Shown in pieces: positions 42,245-50,998 of a DNA stretch of 64,000 bases (within the stretch, counting starts at the first letter, position 1; every line of letters starts with the position of its first letter). A program made the position numbers and the translations under genes. Source of the stretch: an uncultured Oscillospiraceae bacterium (lineage in GTDB: Bacteria; Bacillota; Clostridia; Oscillospirales; Oscillospiraceae); the NCBI GenBank assembly GCA_947629915.1, contig CANRFN010000010.1:5786-69785 (forward strand). Reading direction: 5' to 3'. Below the pieces are notes generated by a model. That model was not told the DNA's origin and did not search any database. It saw only the letters and a program-made list of their open reading frames with translations.

Positions 42245-43181
42245 GGGTCCTCCGGCAGCTCCAGGGTGTCCGGGAGTTCTCCCTCGATGATATGGATCCC
42301 GTGCTGAATGTTCTCCGGCCAGTATTTGCCATTGCTGTGGTCCTCGATCCAATGCAATTGCCTTACCACCGCCTGGTCTCCCTGGTCTGCGGCCATCTTG
42401 TACAGGCGGAGGGCTTCCTTCATGTCCGCGCCTGTGCCGAAGGCATCGCTCTCATAGAGCCAGCCGGCGTTGGTGTAGCCCGTGGAACACCCCAGTTTGC
42501 CCGCCCGGAGGAAACAGTCCAGGGCTTTGCGGACGTCCCGCTCCACCCCGAGGCCCTGGACATAGAGGGCGCCCAAGCCATTCCAGCAGGGTCCGTTGTC
42601 CTCGTCTGCCCCCCGCCGAAAGTACCGGCGGGCGCCGTGGTAGTCCTGGGGTGTCCCGATGCCGTTCTTGCAGTAGTGCCCGGTGAAGAACGCCGCCACG
42701 CCGTCTCCGCGGTCCGCCAGGGAGCGAAAGATGGGAAAGGCCTCCTGGTCCTGCTCCGTGCCGTATCCCGCGTGCAGGCACAGGGCGTAGTGGTGGGAGG
42801 CCTCAGAGTACCCGGCCTCGTGGCCCGCCTTGTACCAGCGGAAGGCCTGTTCCGGCTGGTCCGCCTCCTGATAGTGAAACCCCAGGTGCAGCATGGCCGC
42901 GGGATTGCCCATCATGGCCGCGTGGAGGTACGCGCTCTTGGCGGCCCCCAGTTCTTCTCCACCCCGATGCCGTTCTCATAGAGGTTACCCAGGAAGTACT
43001 CGGCCTCCTGGTCTCCGGCCTTCATGGCCTTCCGGTACAGAATGGCGGCGGTGGCGGGGTCCTTCTCGAACAGGGCGCCCTCCTCCAGGGCGGAGCCCAC
43101 CATCATGCAGAGGGTGGTGTCCTCCCAGCGGCAGAACCAGTCCGGGTTCAGCTTTACGGTGATGGGATGCGGAATGTCCAT
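42241..43181 (-). pseudogene. Sel1-like repeat (SLR/TPR) protein split by a 1-nt frameshift in a G5 run
   Basis: ORFs 42912..43181 and 42241..42915 both carry Sel1 repeats (A..Y.KA...G...A...LG..Y..G.GV). After ..NGIGVEKNW the upstream frame degenerates (GPPRARTSTRP*), while the adjacent frame reads GAAKSAYLHAAMMGNPAAMLHLG and continues the repeat. The junction is CTGGGGGCC (coding strand; C5 at 42945-42949 on the + strand). Confidence 0.65.
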
Positions 43182-43267
43182 TTCATGTTCCCTCCGATCT
43201 GGAAACGGAAGGCCCGCCTCCCGGCGGGCCTGCGCGAGTGTTGTGTTGATGCGCGATGCGCGATGGC

Positions 43268-44614
43268 TTACTTGCCGGCCACCGTGAGGCCCTCCACCAG
43301 TACGGCGGGGGAGGCGAAGGCGGTCTTGCCGGGGAAGCCGGGGAGCTTCACCTCGTCCGAGAGGGCGGTGATCTGCTGGAGCAGGTTGTACCAGTTGCCG
43401 GCCACGGTGAAGGACTTCACGGCCTTGGTCTTCACGCCGTTTTCGATCATGAAGCCGCTGCTCTGGAGGGAGAAGTCTCCGGAGATGGGGTTGGCGCCGG
43501 CGTGGAGGCCGCCCAGCGAGGTGATATACACCCCGTTGCCCGCCTTTTGGAGAAGTTCCTCCTCGGTGAGCTCTCCTGGGGCGAGATACATGGTGAAGGG
43601 CATGATGCCCACCGGGGCGGCGTAGTTGTGCTTGGCGGCGTTGCCGGTGGTCTTCTTGCCCACGGCGGCGGCTGTCTTCAGGTCGTAGAGGAGGGTTTTG
43701 AGCACGCCGTTTTCGATGACGTTTTTCTTGTACGTGGGGGTGCCCTCGGCATCGAAGGGGAGGGGCATGATGCTGTCCTTGTAGAAGGGGTCGTCCACGA
43801 GGGTTACCATGGGGCTGGCCACAACCTGGCCCTCTTTGCCGCCCATGCGGGAGAGCCCCCGGCGCACCCGCTCGGCGTTGAATACCCCGCTGAAGGTGCT
43901 GAGCAGGCTGCCCATGGCCTCCGGGGAGAAGACCACGGGATAGGCGCCGGTGGGGGCCACGTCTGCCCCCATCTTGGCCTTTGCCTTGGCCACGGACTTG
44001 GCCACGGTGGCGGCGATGTCCATGGTGTTCAGGTCCCCGCAGGCGATGCTGTAGTCCGTGGAGAGCTCGGTGCCGTCGTAGAGCACGGAGGAGGCGATGA
44101 AGATGTGGGAGCCGCTCTCGTAGGAGAGGTCCAGGCCGTTGGAGTTCATGATGGCCACGGACATCTTCTGGGAGACCACCTGGGCCTCGGAGCCGTCTGC
44201 CACCATGGGGTCTGCGGCGTAGAGGAGCGCATCGCCCTCCAGCGCCACCTTGCGGATGAGGTCCGTGGGGGCCATCTCCGGGCAGGTGTGGGGACAGGAC
44301 GCGTAGGTCTGTCCTCCCTGGCCCAGGAACACCTGGTCCTCAGACTCCAGGGTGCGGGCGTTGTCTGCCGCCCGGGAGACCAGAGACACCGCCTCCGCCT
44401 CGCCGAGCGCCTCGGTGGAGGCGTAGCCCATCTTGCCGTCTACGATGCAGCGGAAGCACACGCCGCCGTCCAGAGAGCTGGAGAACTGGTTGATCTCGTG
44501 GCGGAAGGTGCTGATGCTGCAGTCCTCGGAGGCCTCATAGTAGAGCTCGTAATCCGCAATGCCCTGGGCCTTGGCCGCCGCGGCCACTGCGTTTTTAAAG
44601 GAATTGTAGTCCAT
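43268..44614 (-). CDS. pmbA: TldD/PmbA-family metalloprotease subunit (PmbA/TldE-like)
   Basis: Start at ATG 44614 (MDYNSFKNAV) after AAGGAGGA. Family layout with C-terminal ..GDFS(L)QSSGFMIENG... Lacks HExxxH, as expected for the PmbA partner. Confidence 0.85.
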   Translation of the reverse strand: MDYNSFKNAVAAAAKAQGIADYELYYEASEDCSISTFRHEINQFSSSLDGGVCFRCIVDGKMGYASTEALGEAEAVSLVSRAADNARTLESEDQVFLGQGGQTYASCPHTCPEMAPTDLIRKVALEGDALLYAADPMVADGSEAQVVSQKMSVAIMNSNGLDLSYESGSHIFIASSVLYDGTELSTDYSIACGDLNTMDIAATVAKSVAKAKAKMGADVAPTGAYPVVFSPEAMGSLLSTFSGVFNAERVRRGLSRMGGKEGQVVASPMVTLVDDPFYKDSIMPLPFDAEGTPTYKKNVIENGVLKTLLYDLKTAAAVGKKTTGNAAKHNYAAPVGIMPFTMYLAPGELTEEELLQKAGNGVYITSLGGLHAGANPISGDFSLQSSGFMIENGVKTKAVKSFTVAGNWYNLLQQITALSDEVKLPGFPGKTAFASPAVLVEGLTVAGK

Positions 44615-44631
44615 AGTAGCTGTCCTCCTTC

Positions 44632-46014
44632 TCAGCGTCCGCCCACGGTGATGGAAGAGACCCGGATCAGCGGCTCGCCCACGCTGGTGGGGATGGAGCC
44701 GCTGGAGGAGCCGCACATGCCCTGGGCCAGTTCCAGGTTGGAGCTCACCATGTCGATGTTGCGGATGACGTCGGAGCCCTTGCCCACGAGGCTGGCGCCC
44801 CGGACCGGCTCACAGATCTTGCCGTTGCGCACCAGATACCCCTCGTTCACCGCGAAGTTGAACTCGCCGGTGGCGGGGTTCACGGAGCCGCCGCCCATGG
44901 CCTTGGCGTAGAGGCCGAACTCCATGGAGCCGAAGATCTCCTCCTCCGTGTCCGTGCCGGTGGCGATATAGGTGTTCGTCATACGAGAGGTGGGGGTGTA
45001 GGCGTAGCTCTGCCGGCGGCTGTTGCCGGTGGCGGGGAGGCCCATCCGGCGGGCGTTGAACTTATCGATCATGTAGGTCTTGAGCACGCCCTTTTCGATG
45101 AGCACGTTCTTCCGGGCGGGGGTGCCCTCGTCATCGATGTTGATGGAGCCCCAGGCGCCGGGGATGGTGCCGTCATCGATGGCGGTCACCTTGGGGTTGG
45201 CGATCTGCTGGCCCAGTTTGCCGGTGAACTCGCTGGTGCCGTATGCCACAGAGCTGGCCTCCAGGGAGTGGCCGCAGGCCTCGTGGAAGATGACGCCGCC
45301 GAAGGCGTTGCCGATGGCCACCGGCATGACGCCGGCGGGGCAATAGCCGGCCTTGCTCATGGTGACGGCCTGGCGTGCGGCCTCGATACCGGTCTCTTTG
45401 GGGTCTACCACATCGGTGAAGACCTCCAGACCCATCCGCCTGCCGGGGCCGCAGGTGCCGGTCTGGGTCTCGCCGTTGTGCTCAGCCACCGCCTGGATGG
45501 TGAGCCGGGTGCGGATCTGCCGGTCCTGGGCATAGAGGCCCTCGCTGGTGGCGATGAGGATCCGGTGGTCTACGTCCAGGAAGGTGCCGTTTACCTGGCG
45601 GATGGCATCGCTGTACTCCTGAGCGGCGAAATAGGCGTCCTTCAGGAACACCAATTTCTCGCTGTTGGGTGCGGTGGAGGGGACGATGCGCACGGGGTGG
45701 ATGTCCCCGTACAGCCGCTCCCGGAGGGAAATGGCGATCTCGGCGGTGCCCTCGCCCAGGGCGTCTGCGGCCTTGCGGGCGCAGCGGAGCAGGCCGGCCT
45801 CGCTGGTGTCCACCGTGGACGCCATGACGCTGCGGAGCCCCTTGTACAGGCGGATGCTGGCGCCGGCGATCACGGCATCGTTGATGCTGTCCACCTTCTT
45901 GTCCAGCATGTTGATGGAGTGCTGCACCGTGTTTTCCGCAAAGAGCTCGGCATAGTCCGCGCCGGTGGAGACGGCCTCCTGCAGGACCCGCTCACAGATA
46001 TCTTTTGCGATCAA
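44632..46014 (-). CDS. tldD: Metalloprotease TldD
   Basis: HEACGHSLE zinc motif, GEFNFAVNEGYLVRNGK and a typical N-terminus. Confidence 0.9.
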   Translation of the reverse strand: MIAKDICERVLQEAVSTGADYAELFAENTVQHSINMLDKKVDSINDAVIAGASIRLYKGLRSVMASTVDTSEAGLLRCARKAADALGEGTAEIAISLRERLYGDIHPVRIVPSTAPNSEKLVFLKDAYFAAQEYSDAIRQVNGTFLDVDHRILIATSEGLYAQDRQIRTRLTIQAVAEHNGETQTGTCGPGRRMGLEVFTDVVDPKETGIEAARQAVTMSKAGYCPAGVMPVAIGNAFGGVIFHEACGHSLEASSVAYGTSEFTGKLGQQIANPKVTAIDDGTIPGAWGSINIDDEGTPARKNVLIEKGVLKTYMIDKFNARRMGLPATGNSRRQSYAYTPTSRMTNTYIATGTDTEEEIFGSMEFGLYAKAMGGGSVNPATGEFNFAVNEGYLVRNGKICEPVRGASLVGKGSDVIRNIDMVSSNLELAQGMCGSSSGSIPTSVGEPLIRVSSITVGGR

Positions 46015-46461
46015 TCTTGACTCTCCTTTTTCCCGCTTTTCGCGTTGGTATGGTACAGTCTACCACTTTTTAGGGGATGTTGCAAGATGCAGATTGTGCG
46101 GAAAAACTGATGGAAGCATATGGAAAACCCAATAGACTGGAAGACCCTGGGAGATAGAAAATTTGGCAGGGCGAAGAAAGCGTGTGCGAAATTTTGTGTG
46201 CATTTGTCTTACAATATCACTCATATTCACTACATCAGCTATAAAATGTCTTACAATTGCAAACGCAAAGCATGTACAACGTCATATTTACCCCCTCTTA
46301 ACGGCCCTTCCCGAATCTGCTATCCTCGTGGTCCTCCGGCCTGGACGATCCGCAGCTTTCCGAGATTTTGCGGGCCCGGGACGGAAGGCAAAACCATTGG
46401 AGAGGAAGAAACCGGAGCTGGATGATATGGATGCTCTGGAGTGAGACGGGGAGAGCGGGAG

Positions 46462-46803
46462 ATGGCAGAGATGGAAGAGAAGAAACAGATGCAGCCTGCG
46501 ACAGAAGACTGGTTTCAGCAGCTGTACAGCGGGGCCTGGCAGGAGATGGAGCGCCTGCAGGACATGGAGCGCCTGCAGGACATGGAGAAGGCGCTTCAGG
46601 CGCTAAAAGGCGGATCAGCAGAGGCGCTGTACCGGGCCAAGAAGACGGACCTGGCGTGTGCGTCGATGCTGGAGAAGACCTTTGCGGGGATCTACGGATC
46701 GGACTGGGCCTTCGTGGAACCGGAACATCACGAGCTGGTGCCGGAGGAGAACCGCTGGAAGAGGAAGAGCCACTGGACCACAGGAATGCTTGGGCTGTTC
46801 TGA
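46462..46803 (+). CDS. Hypothetical small protein (weak call)
   Basis: ATG 46462 after GGGAGAGCGGGAG. Contains an 18-bp tandem duplication (MERLQD x2). No recognisable motif, and it lies in the atypical AT-rich patch. Confidence 0.3.
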   Translation: MAEMEEKKQMQPATEDWFQQLYSGAWQEMERLQDMERLQDMEKALQALKGGSAEALYRAKKTDLACASMLEKTFAGIYGSDWAFVEPEHHELVPEENRWKRKSHWTTGMLGLF

Positions 46804-47296
46804 CGTGGTCCGACGGCAGTATAAAGGCATGGTCGATAAGCTGTACCCGAGAGAAGAGAATTCAGAAACTGGGAGACATATCTGTTCTGGCGGTATATTG
46901 GCCGTGGTGATGAGTGTAATACATTGTGGGAGAAAGGTCTGGGGAAAGTGTGATATTGTACTACGAGAGTGAACAGATAGGGGAATCTCACCGACCTAAC
47001 AGCATTCTCGGCAGTTGTCGGTTAGAAAATAACAAAAATAGAGGCAGAATAAATGGCATAATGCAGAATTGGAATATTGGTTATCTGACATCGCTGTTGC
47101 TGAAATGGTAAAAGCAAAAAAGATCAAAAACAATAAAGAAAAGACAATATAGAATCTATATTGAAAAGGGTGCAAGGGCCAAAAACTATGTTTTGCTGAG
47201 CTCGCCGAAAATTGAACTGTCCCATTAATGGAACATATACATTTTTGGGTGTATGTGAATCTCATAAAAAATTTGGCGAAATTCCGGGAATGGTGC

Positions 47297-47325
47297 TTGA
47301 CAGCTGCCGTAGAAAGTGATATCCT
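47297..47325 (+). promoter_or_regulatory. Promoter of the heptad-repeat gene
   Basis: TTGACA (47297-47302), 17 nt, TATCCT (47320-47325) preceded by TGa (extended -10). Confidence 0.55.
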
Positions 47326-47422
47326 CTCTGGTGTAAGGCAGGTTCATTGGTTTCAGTGGACAGGATCACCAGGTCTTGTGGCATGGTGATAAAGTGGTTA
47401 GTGTGATGTGAGGAGGATGCAT

Positions 47423-47899
47423 ATGACGATTGACGAACTGTATACGAAACTGAGCGCAGACTTTGGCGACCGGTTCGACCGTATGGAGAGCCGGTTCGAC
47501 CGTATGGAGAGCCGAATCGCGAATCTGGAGAGCCGAATCGCGAATCTGGAGAGCCGAATCACGAATCTGGAGAGCCGGTTCGACCGTATGGAGAGCCGAA
47601 TCGGGAATCTGGAGAGCCGAATCGGGAATCTGGAGAGCCGAATCGCGAATCTGGAGAGCCGAATCGCGAATCTGGAGAGCGATACCAAAGCTCTGAAGGA
47701 AGAGACCCATAGGATCAACCTGAAGATCGAAAATGATGTTGGCGGGCGACTCGATGCACTGGCAACTAAGGATGATCTCCAGGACGAGCTCCTTCATCCG
47801 ATTATCGATGACAGTGTGGACATGCGCTACGATCCTCTCGAAGCCAGGGTCGCTGCACTGGAAGCGGGCTTCAAAGAGCTCAAATTGAAGATCGGCTAG
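47423..47899 (+). CDS. Coiled-coil protein built around ten perfect heptads
   Basis: ATG 47423 lies 6 nt after AGGAGG (MTIDELYTKL). The centre is (RFDRMES)2(RIANLES)2(RITNLES)(RFDRMES)(RIGNLES)2(RIANLES)2. No TM segment or signal peptide. Confidence 0.7.
   Translation: MTIDELYTKLSADFGDRFDRMESRFDRMESRIANLESRIANLESRITNLESRFDRMESRIGNLESRIGNLESRIANLESRIANLESDTKALKEETHRINLKIENDVGGRLDALATKDDLQDELLHPIIDDSVDMRYDPLEARVAALEAGFKELKLKIG
47471..47680 (+). repeat. Ten head-to-tail 21-bp repeats (coding heptads)
   Basis: Units start every 21 nt from 47471. Unit types are CGGTTCGACCGTATGGAGAGC and CGAATC(GCG/ACG/GGG)AATCTGGAGAGC, and several adjacent units are identical. Confidence 0.95.
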
Positions 47900-47939
47900 G
47901 TGCAGGCAAGATCTTCACTACATCAATCCAGCAAGTGCC

Positions 47940-47980
47940 AATACACCCGGTCTGATATTTCAGACCGGGTGTATTTCCTT
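47940..47980 (+). terminator. Rho-independent terminator of the heptad-repeat gene
   Basis: AATACACCCGGTCTGA-TATT-TCAGACCGGGTGTATT followed by TCCTT. Confidence 0.8.
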
Positions 47981-48038
47981 GAACTGATTGAAGTGAAACT
48001 ATGCACTTGCTGGTTGCTAATGCCTTCTTGAATGCTGC

Positions 48039-48067
48039 TTGAATCTGGTTGGCAGAAGCGGTACAAT
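48039..48067 (+). promoter_or_regulatory. Candidate promoter of the hydrolase gene
   Basis: TTGAAT (48039-48044), 17 nt, TACAAT (48062-48067). Confidence 0.5.
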
Positions 48068-48079
48068 GGGCCAGAAGAT

Positions 48080-48116
48080 CCCAGAGGATCCGGCAGTACC
48101 TGCCGGATCCTCTGGG
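48080..48116 (+). promoter_or_regulatory. Perfect 17-bp inverted repeat in the 5' leader (hairpin or operator)
   Basis: CCCAGAGGATCCGGCAG-TAC-CTGCCGGATCCTCTGGG, about 13 nt after the -10 and 32 nt before ATG 48148. No T-tract. Confidence 0.5.
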
Positions 48117-48147
48117 GGCCTGGATTTGGGCGAAGGGAGCGTTGCGT

Positions 48148-48789
48148 ATGAATCTGTACTATGAGCGCTGCGGCGCTGGACAGCCGCTTATCATGCTGCA
48201 CGGCAACGGGGAGGACTGCACCATCTTCCGCAAGGCCGCCTCGGTATTGCAGCGGTACTACACCGTCTATTGCCTGGACAGCAGGGGACATGGAAAGAGT
48301 CCCCGGGTATCGGAATACCATTATGCGGACATGGCCCAGGACGTGGTGGAATTTATTGAGACCATGCATCTGGAGAAGCCGGTGCTGTACGGCTTCAGCG
48401 ACGGCGGCATCATCGCCCTTCTCATCGCCATAGACCACCCGGACCTGCTGGACCGGGTGATCGGGAGCGGGGTAAACGTGCGGCCGGACGGCTTGAAGCC
48501 CGGGTGGATGAAGATCTTCCGGTGGATCTACGAGAAGAGTCCGTCCCCGCTGTTCAAGCTGATGCTCACCGAGCCGAATATCACCCCGGAGATGCTGCAG
48601 AAGATCACGGTGCCGGTAACCCTCTTCGGGGGAGACCGGGATATGATCCAGCGGAGCCACATGCAGGAGATCGCACGGAACATCCCCAACGGCGTGTTCA
48701 AGGAGATCCCCCATGCCAACCACAGCAGCTACATCGTAAACTCCAAGGAGATCGCCCACCTGATTCTGCAGGAGACGGGAAAACAGTAG
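48148..48789 (+). CDS. Alpha/beta-fold hydrolase
   Basis: MNLYYERCGAGQPLIMLHGNG.., nucleophile elbow GFSDGG, C-terminal ..IPHANHSSY. ATG 48148 after GAAGGGAG. Confidence 0.85.
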   Translation: MNLYYERCGAGQPLIMLHGNGEDCTIFRKAASVLQRYYTVYCLDSRGHGKSPRVSEYHYADMAQDVVEFIETMHLEKPVLYGFSDGGIIALLIAIDHPDLLDRVIGSGVNVRPDGLKPGWMKIFRWIYEKSPSPLFKLMLTEPNITPEMLQKITVPVTLFGGDRDMIQRSHMQEIARNIPNGVFKEIPHANHSSYIVNSKEIAHLILQETGKQ

Positions 48790-49145
48790 GGCAGAGCGGA
48801 CAGGAAAAGTGCTGCATGGTCCCTAAAATAGCGCCATAAACTGCATCTGGATAGGAAAAATAGAGAGAAGTTGTACTTTCTTTGTGTGCTGCTTTCTTAG
48901 GAGAAACTGCCGATCCAGGGCAAAACAGAGAGCCAATGTCTGGCGCAGGGATGCCATGTGGTTTTCGGTCTGGAAAGCGAGAAGTTTTGTTAGGAAAAGC
49001 GTAAAACCTGACGAAATGCACCGAAATACAATTGCAATTCCCGCTGTTTTATGATAGGATTCCCGCGCTCGACAGCGAGACTGCAGGACGGGATCCACCT
49101 TCCTGCGGCCTCAAAGATCAATACCGAAAGGCGGGTCGTTTCTTT

Positions 49146-50483
49146 ATGGAAGACAGAATGCGGATCTCTCCTGCGGATCAGGCAAAGTACGAGCAGGACT
49201 TCGCGGCCAACGCTGTCAACGAGGTGGCCATGAACGCCGTGGTCAACAACGGACTGAACGCGAGCGCGAAGAACTGGGAACTGGCAGCCCGGCGCAATAA
49301 CACCTTCTCCATCTCCCTGAAGCAGGGCAAGGTCACCAGCCAGAAGAGCAGCGGCAGATGCTGGATGTTCGCGGCTCTGAACACCATGCGGTTCCAGATG
49401 ATCCAGCAGTTGAACCTGAAGAATTTTGAGCTCTCCCAGTCCTACCTGTTCTTCTGGGACAAGATGGAGAAGTCCAACTACTTCCTGGAGAACATCCTGG
49501 AGACCCTGGACGAGCCCCTCAACGGCCGTCTGGTGAACTTCCTGCTCCAGTCTCCCATCGGGGACGGCGGCCAGTGGGATATGATCGTGAACCTGGTGGA
49601 GAAGTACGGCGTGGTGCCCAAGTCCGCCTATCCGGAGTCTGTGTCCTCCTCCGCCAGCCGCGACATGGTGAGCACCATCACCACCAAGCTGCGGGAGTAT
49701 GCCTGCATCCTCCGCAAGGCCCACGCCGCCGGCGCCACCCTCGAGGAGCTGCGGGAGAAGAAGCAGGGCATGATGTCTGAGGTCTACCGGATCCTCTGCA
49801 TCTGCATGGGCATTCCCCCGAAGGAGTTCGAGTTCGCCTATCGGGACAAGGACAGCGCGTATCACAACGAGGGCACCTTTACCCCCAAGGCCTTCTACGA
49901 CAAGTACATCGGCTGGGATCTCAACGACTACATCGGCCTCATCAACGCCCCCACCGAGGATAAGCCCTATGGCCACAGCTACACCGTGCGCTTCCTGGGC
50001 AACGTCAAGGAGGGCAAGATCGTCCGCTACCTGAACCTGCCCATCGAGGAGCTGAAAAAGGCCGCTATCGCCCAGATGCAGGACGGCAACCCGGTGTGGT
50101 TCGGCTGCGATGTGGGCAAGTGCTGCGACCGCTCCGGTCTCCTGGACCTGGAGGCCTTCAAGACCGATGAACTGCTCAGCACCACCTTTGGCATGACCAA
50201 GGCGGAGCGGCTGGACTACGGCCACTCCCTCATGACCCACGCCATGGTGTTCCAGGGCGTGAACCTGGACGAGAACGGCAAGAGCACCCGCTGGCGCGTG
50301 GAGAACAGCTGGGGCGAGGACTCCGGCGAGAAGGGCTGGTACATCATGTCCGATGACTGGTTCAACGAGTACGTCTATCAGATCGTGGTGCACAAGAAGT
50401 ACCTCTCCGAAGAGCAGTTGGCCGCATATCACGCCGAGCCCATCCAGCTGGAGCCCTGGGATCCCATGGGCTCTCTGGCCTGA
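49146..50483 (+). CDS. pepC: Aminopeptidase C (C1-family bleomycin-hydrolase-like cysteine peptidase)
   Basis: QKSSGRCWMFAALN catalytic Cys context, HAMVFQGV, and WRVENSWG active-site Asn. ATG 49146 (alternative 49158). Confidence 0.9.
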   Translation: MEDRMRISPADQAKYEQDFAANAVNEVAMNAVVNNGLNASAKNWELAARRNNTFSISLKQGKVTSQKSSGRCWMFAALNTMRFQMIQQLNLKNFELSQSYLFFWDKMEKSNYFLENILETLDEPLNGRLVNFLLQSPIGDGGQWDMIVNLVEKYGVVPKSAYPESVSSSASRDMVSTITTKLREYACILRKAHAAGATLEELREKKQGMMSEVYRILCICMGIPPKEFEFAYRDKDSAYHNEGTFTPKAFYDKYIGWDLNDYIGLINAPTEDKPYGHSYTVRFLGNVKEGKIVRYLNLPIEELKKAAIAQMQDGNPVWFGCDVGKCCDRSGLLDLEAFKTDELLSTTFGMTKAERLDYGHSLMTHAMVFQGVNLDENGKSTRWRVENSWGEDSGEKGWYIMSDDWFNEYVYQIVVHKKYLSEEQLAAYHAEPIQLEPWDPMGSLA

Positions 50484-50504
50484 GCCATCTATCCACAGAT
50501 CCAT

Positions 50505-50542
50505 TTCGCCGCGACCTGCCTGGGCCGCGGCGAACTTTTTTT
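50505..50542 (+). terminator. Rho-independent terminator of pepC
   Basis: TTCGCCGCG..CGCGGCGAA followed by CTTTTTTT. Confidence 0.85.
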
Positions 50543-50562
50543 GAAATCTCTGCATTTTCCCC

Positions 50563-50648
50563 TTGACAGACTCGATAATCGAGTTTAGAATAGGGCCTGA
50601 GCTCGATAATCGAGTTCAAATTTCGGCCCCGCCAACTCGATAATCGAG
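50563..50648 (+). promoter_or_regulatory. padR promoter with three copies of the palindrome CTCGAT-A-ATCGAG
   Basis: TTGACA 50563-50568 and TAGAAT 50586-50591 (17-nt spacer). CTCGATAATCGAG occurs at 50571-50583 (inside the spacer), 50602-50614 and 50636-50648. Confidence 0.6.
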
Positions 50649-50674
50649 CAGGCGGCTGGAAGGGAGTGCTGCGG

Positions 50675-50998
50675 ATGCCGAGGCTGAAATATAAGACCCT
50701 TACGGAGCAGATGTTCTACATCCTGCTGTGCCTCACCGAGGAGCGCCGGGGCATGGAGATCCTGAAGCTGGTGCCGGAGATCACCGAGGGACGGGTGAGC
50801 GTGGGCTCGGCCACCCTCTATAATCTGCTGGAGTCCTTCCTGGAGGAGGGGCTGATCCGTGAGACGAGAGCGGAGGGGAGATGGCGCAGCTACATCCTCA
50901 CGAAGGCCGGGGAGGACCGGCTGGGGGAGGAGTACCAGCGCATCTCCGCCCAGGCCCAAGACTACCGCATCTATGTGAAAGGGGAGAAACGCGAATGA
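50675..50998 (+). CDS. PadR-family transcriptional regulator
   Basis: MFYILLCLTEERRGMEILKLV..GRVSVGSATLYNLLESFLEEGLI matches the PadR wHTH. ATG 50675 after GGAAGGGAG. Confidence 0.88.
   Translation: MPRLKYKTLTEQMFYILLCLTEERRGMEILKLVPEITEGRVSVGSATLYNLLESFLEEGLIRETRAEGRWRSYILTKAGEDRLGEEYQRISAQAQDYRIYVKGEKRE

Noticed and set aside
46120-46444. ORFs 46120..46425 and 46163..46444, and a possible riboswitch-like leader (..GGAAGGCAAAACC..) in the AT-rich patch
   Set aside because: They have no RBS, implausible composition and overlapping frames. I could not match the sequence to any riboswitch consensus from memory, and an Infernal scan would be needed.
47471-47680. 21-bp direct repeats as a possible CRISPR array
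   Set aside because: The repeats are contiguous with no spacers. They are in frame inside an ORF with RBS, promoter and terminator, and they encode perfect heptads. No cas genes are in the window.
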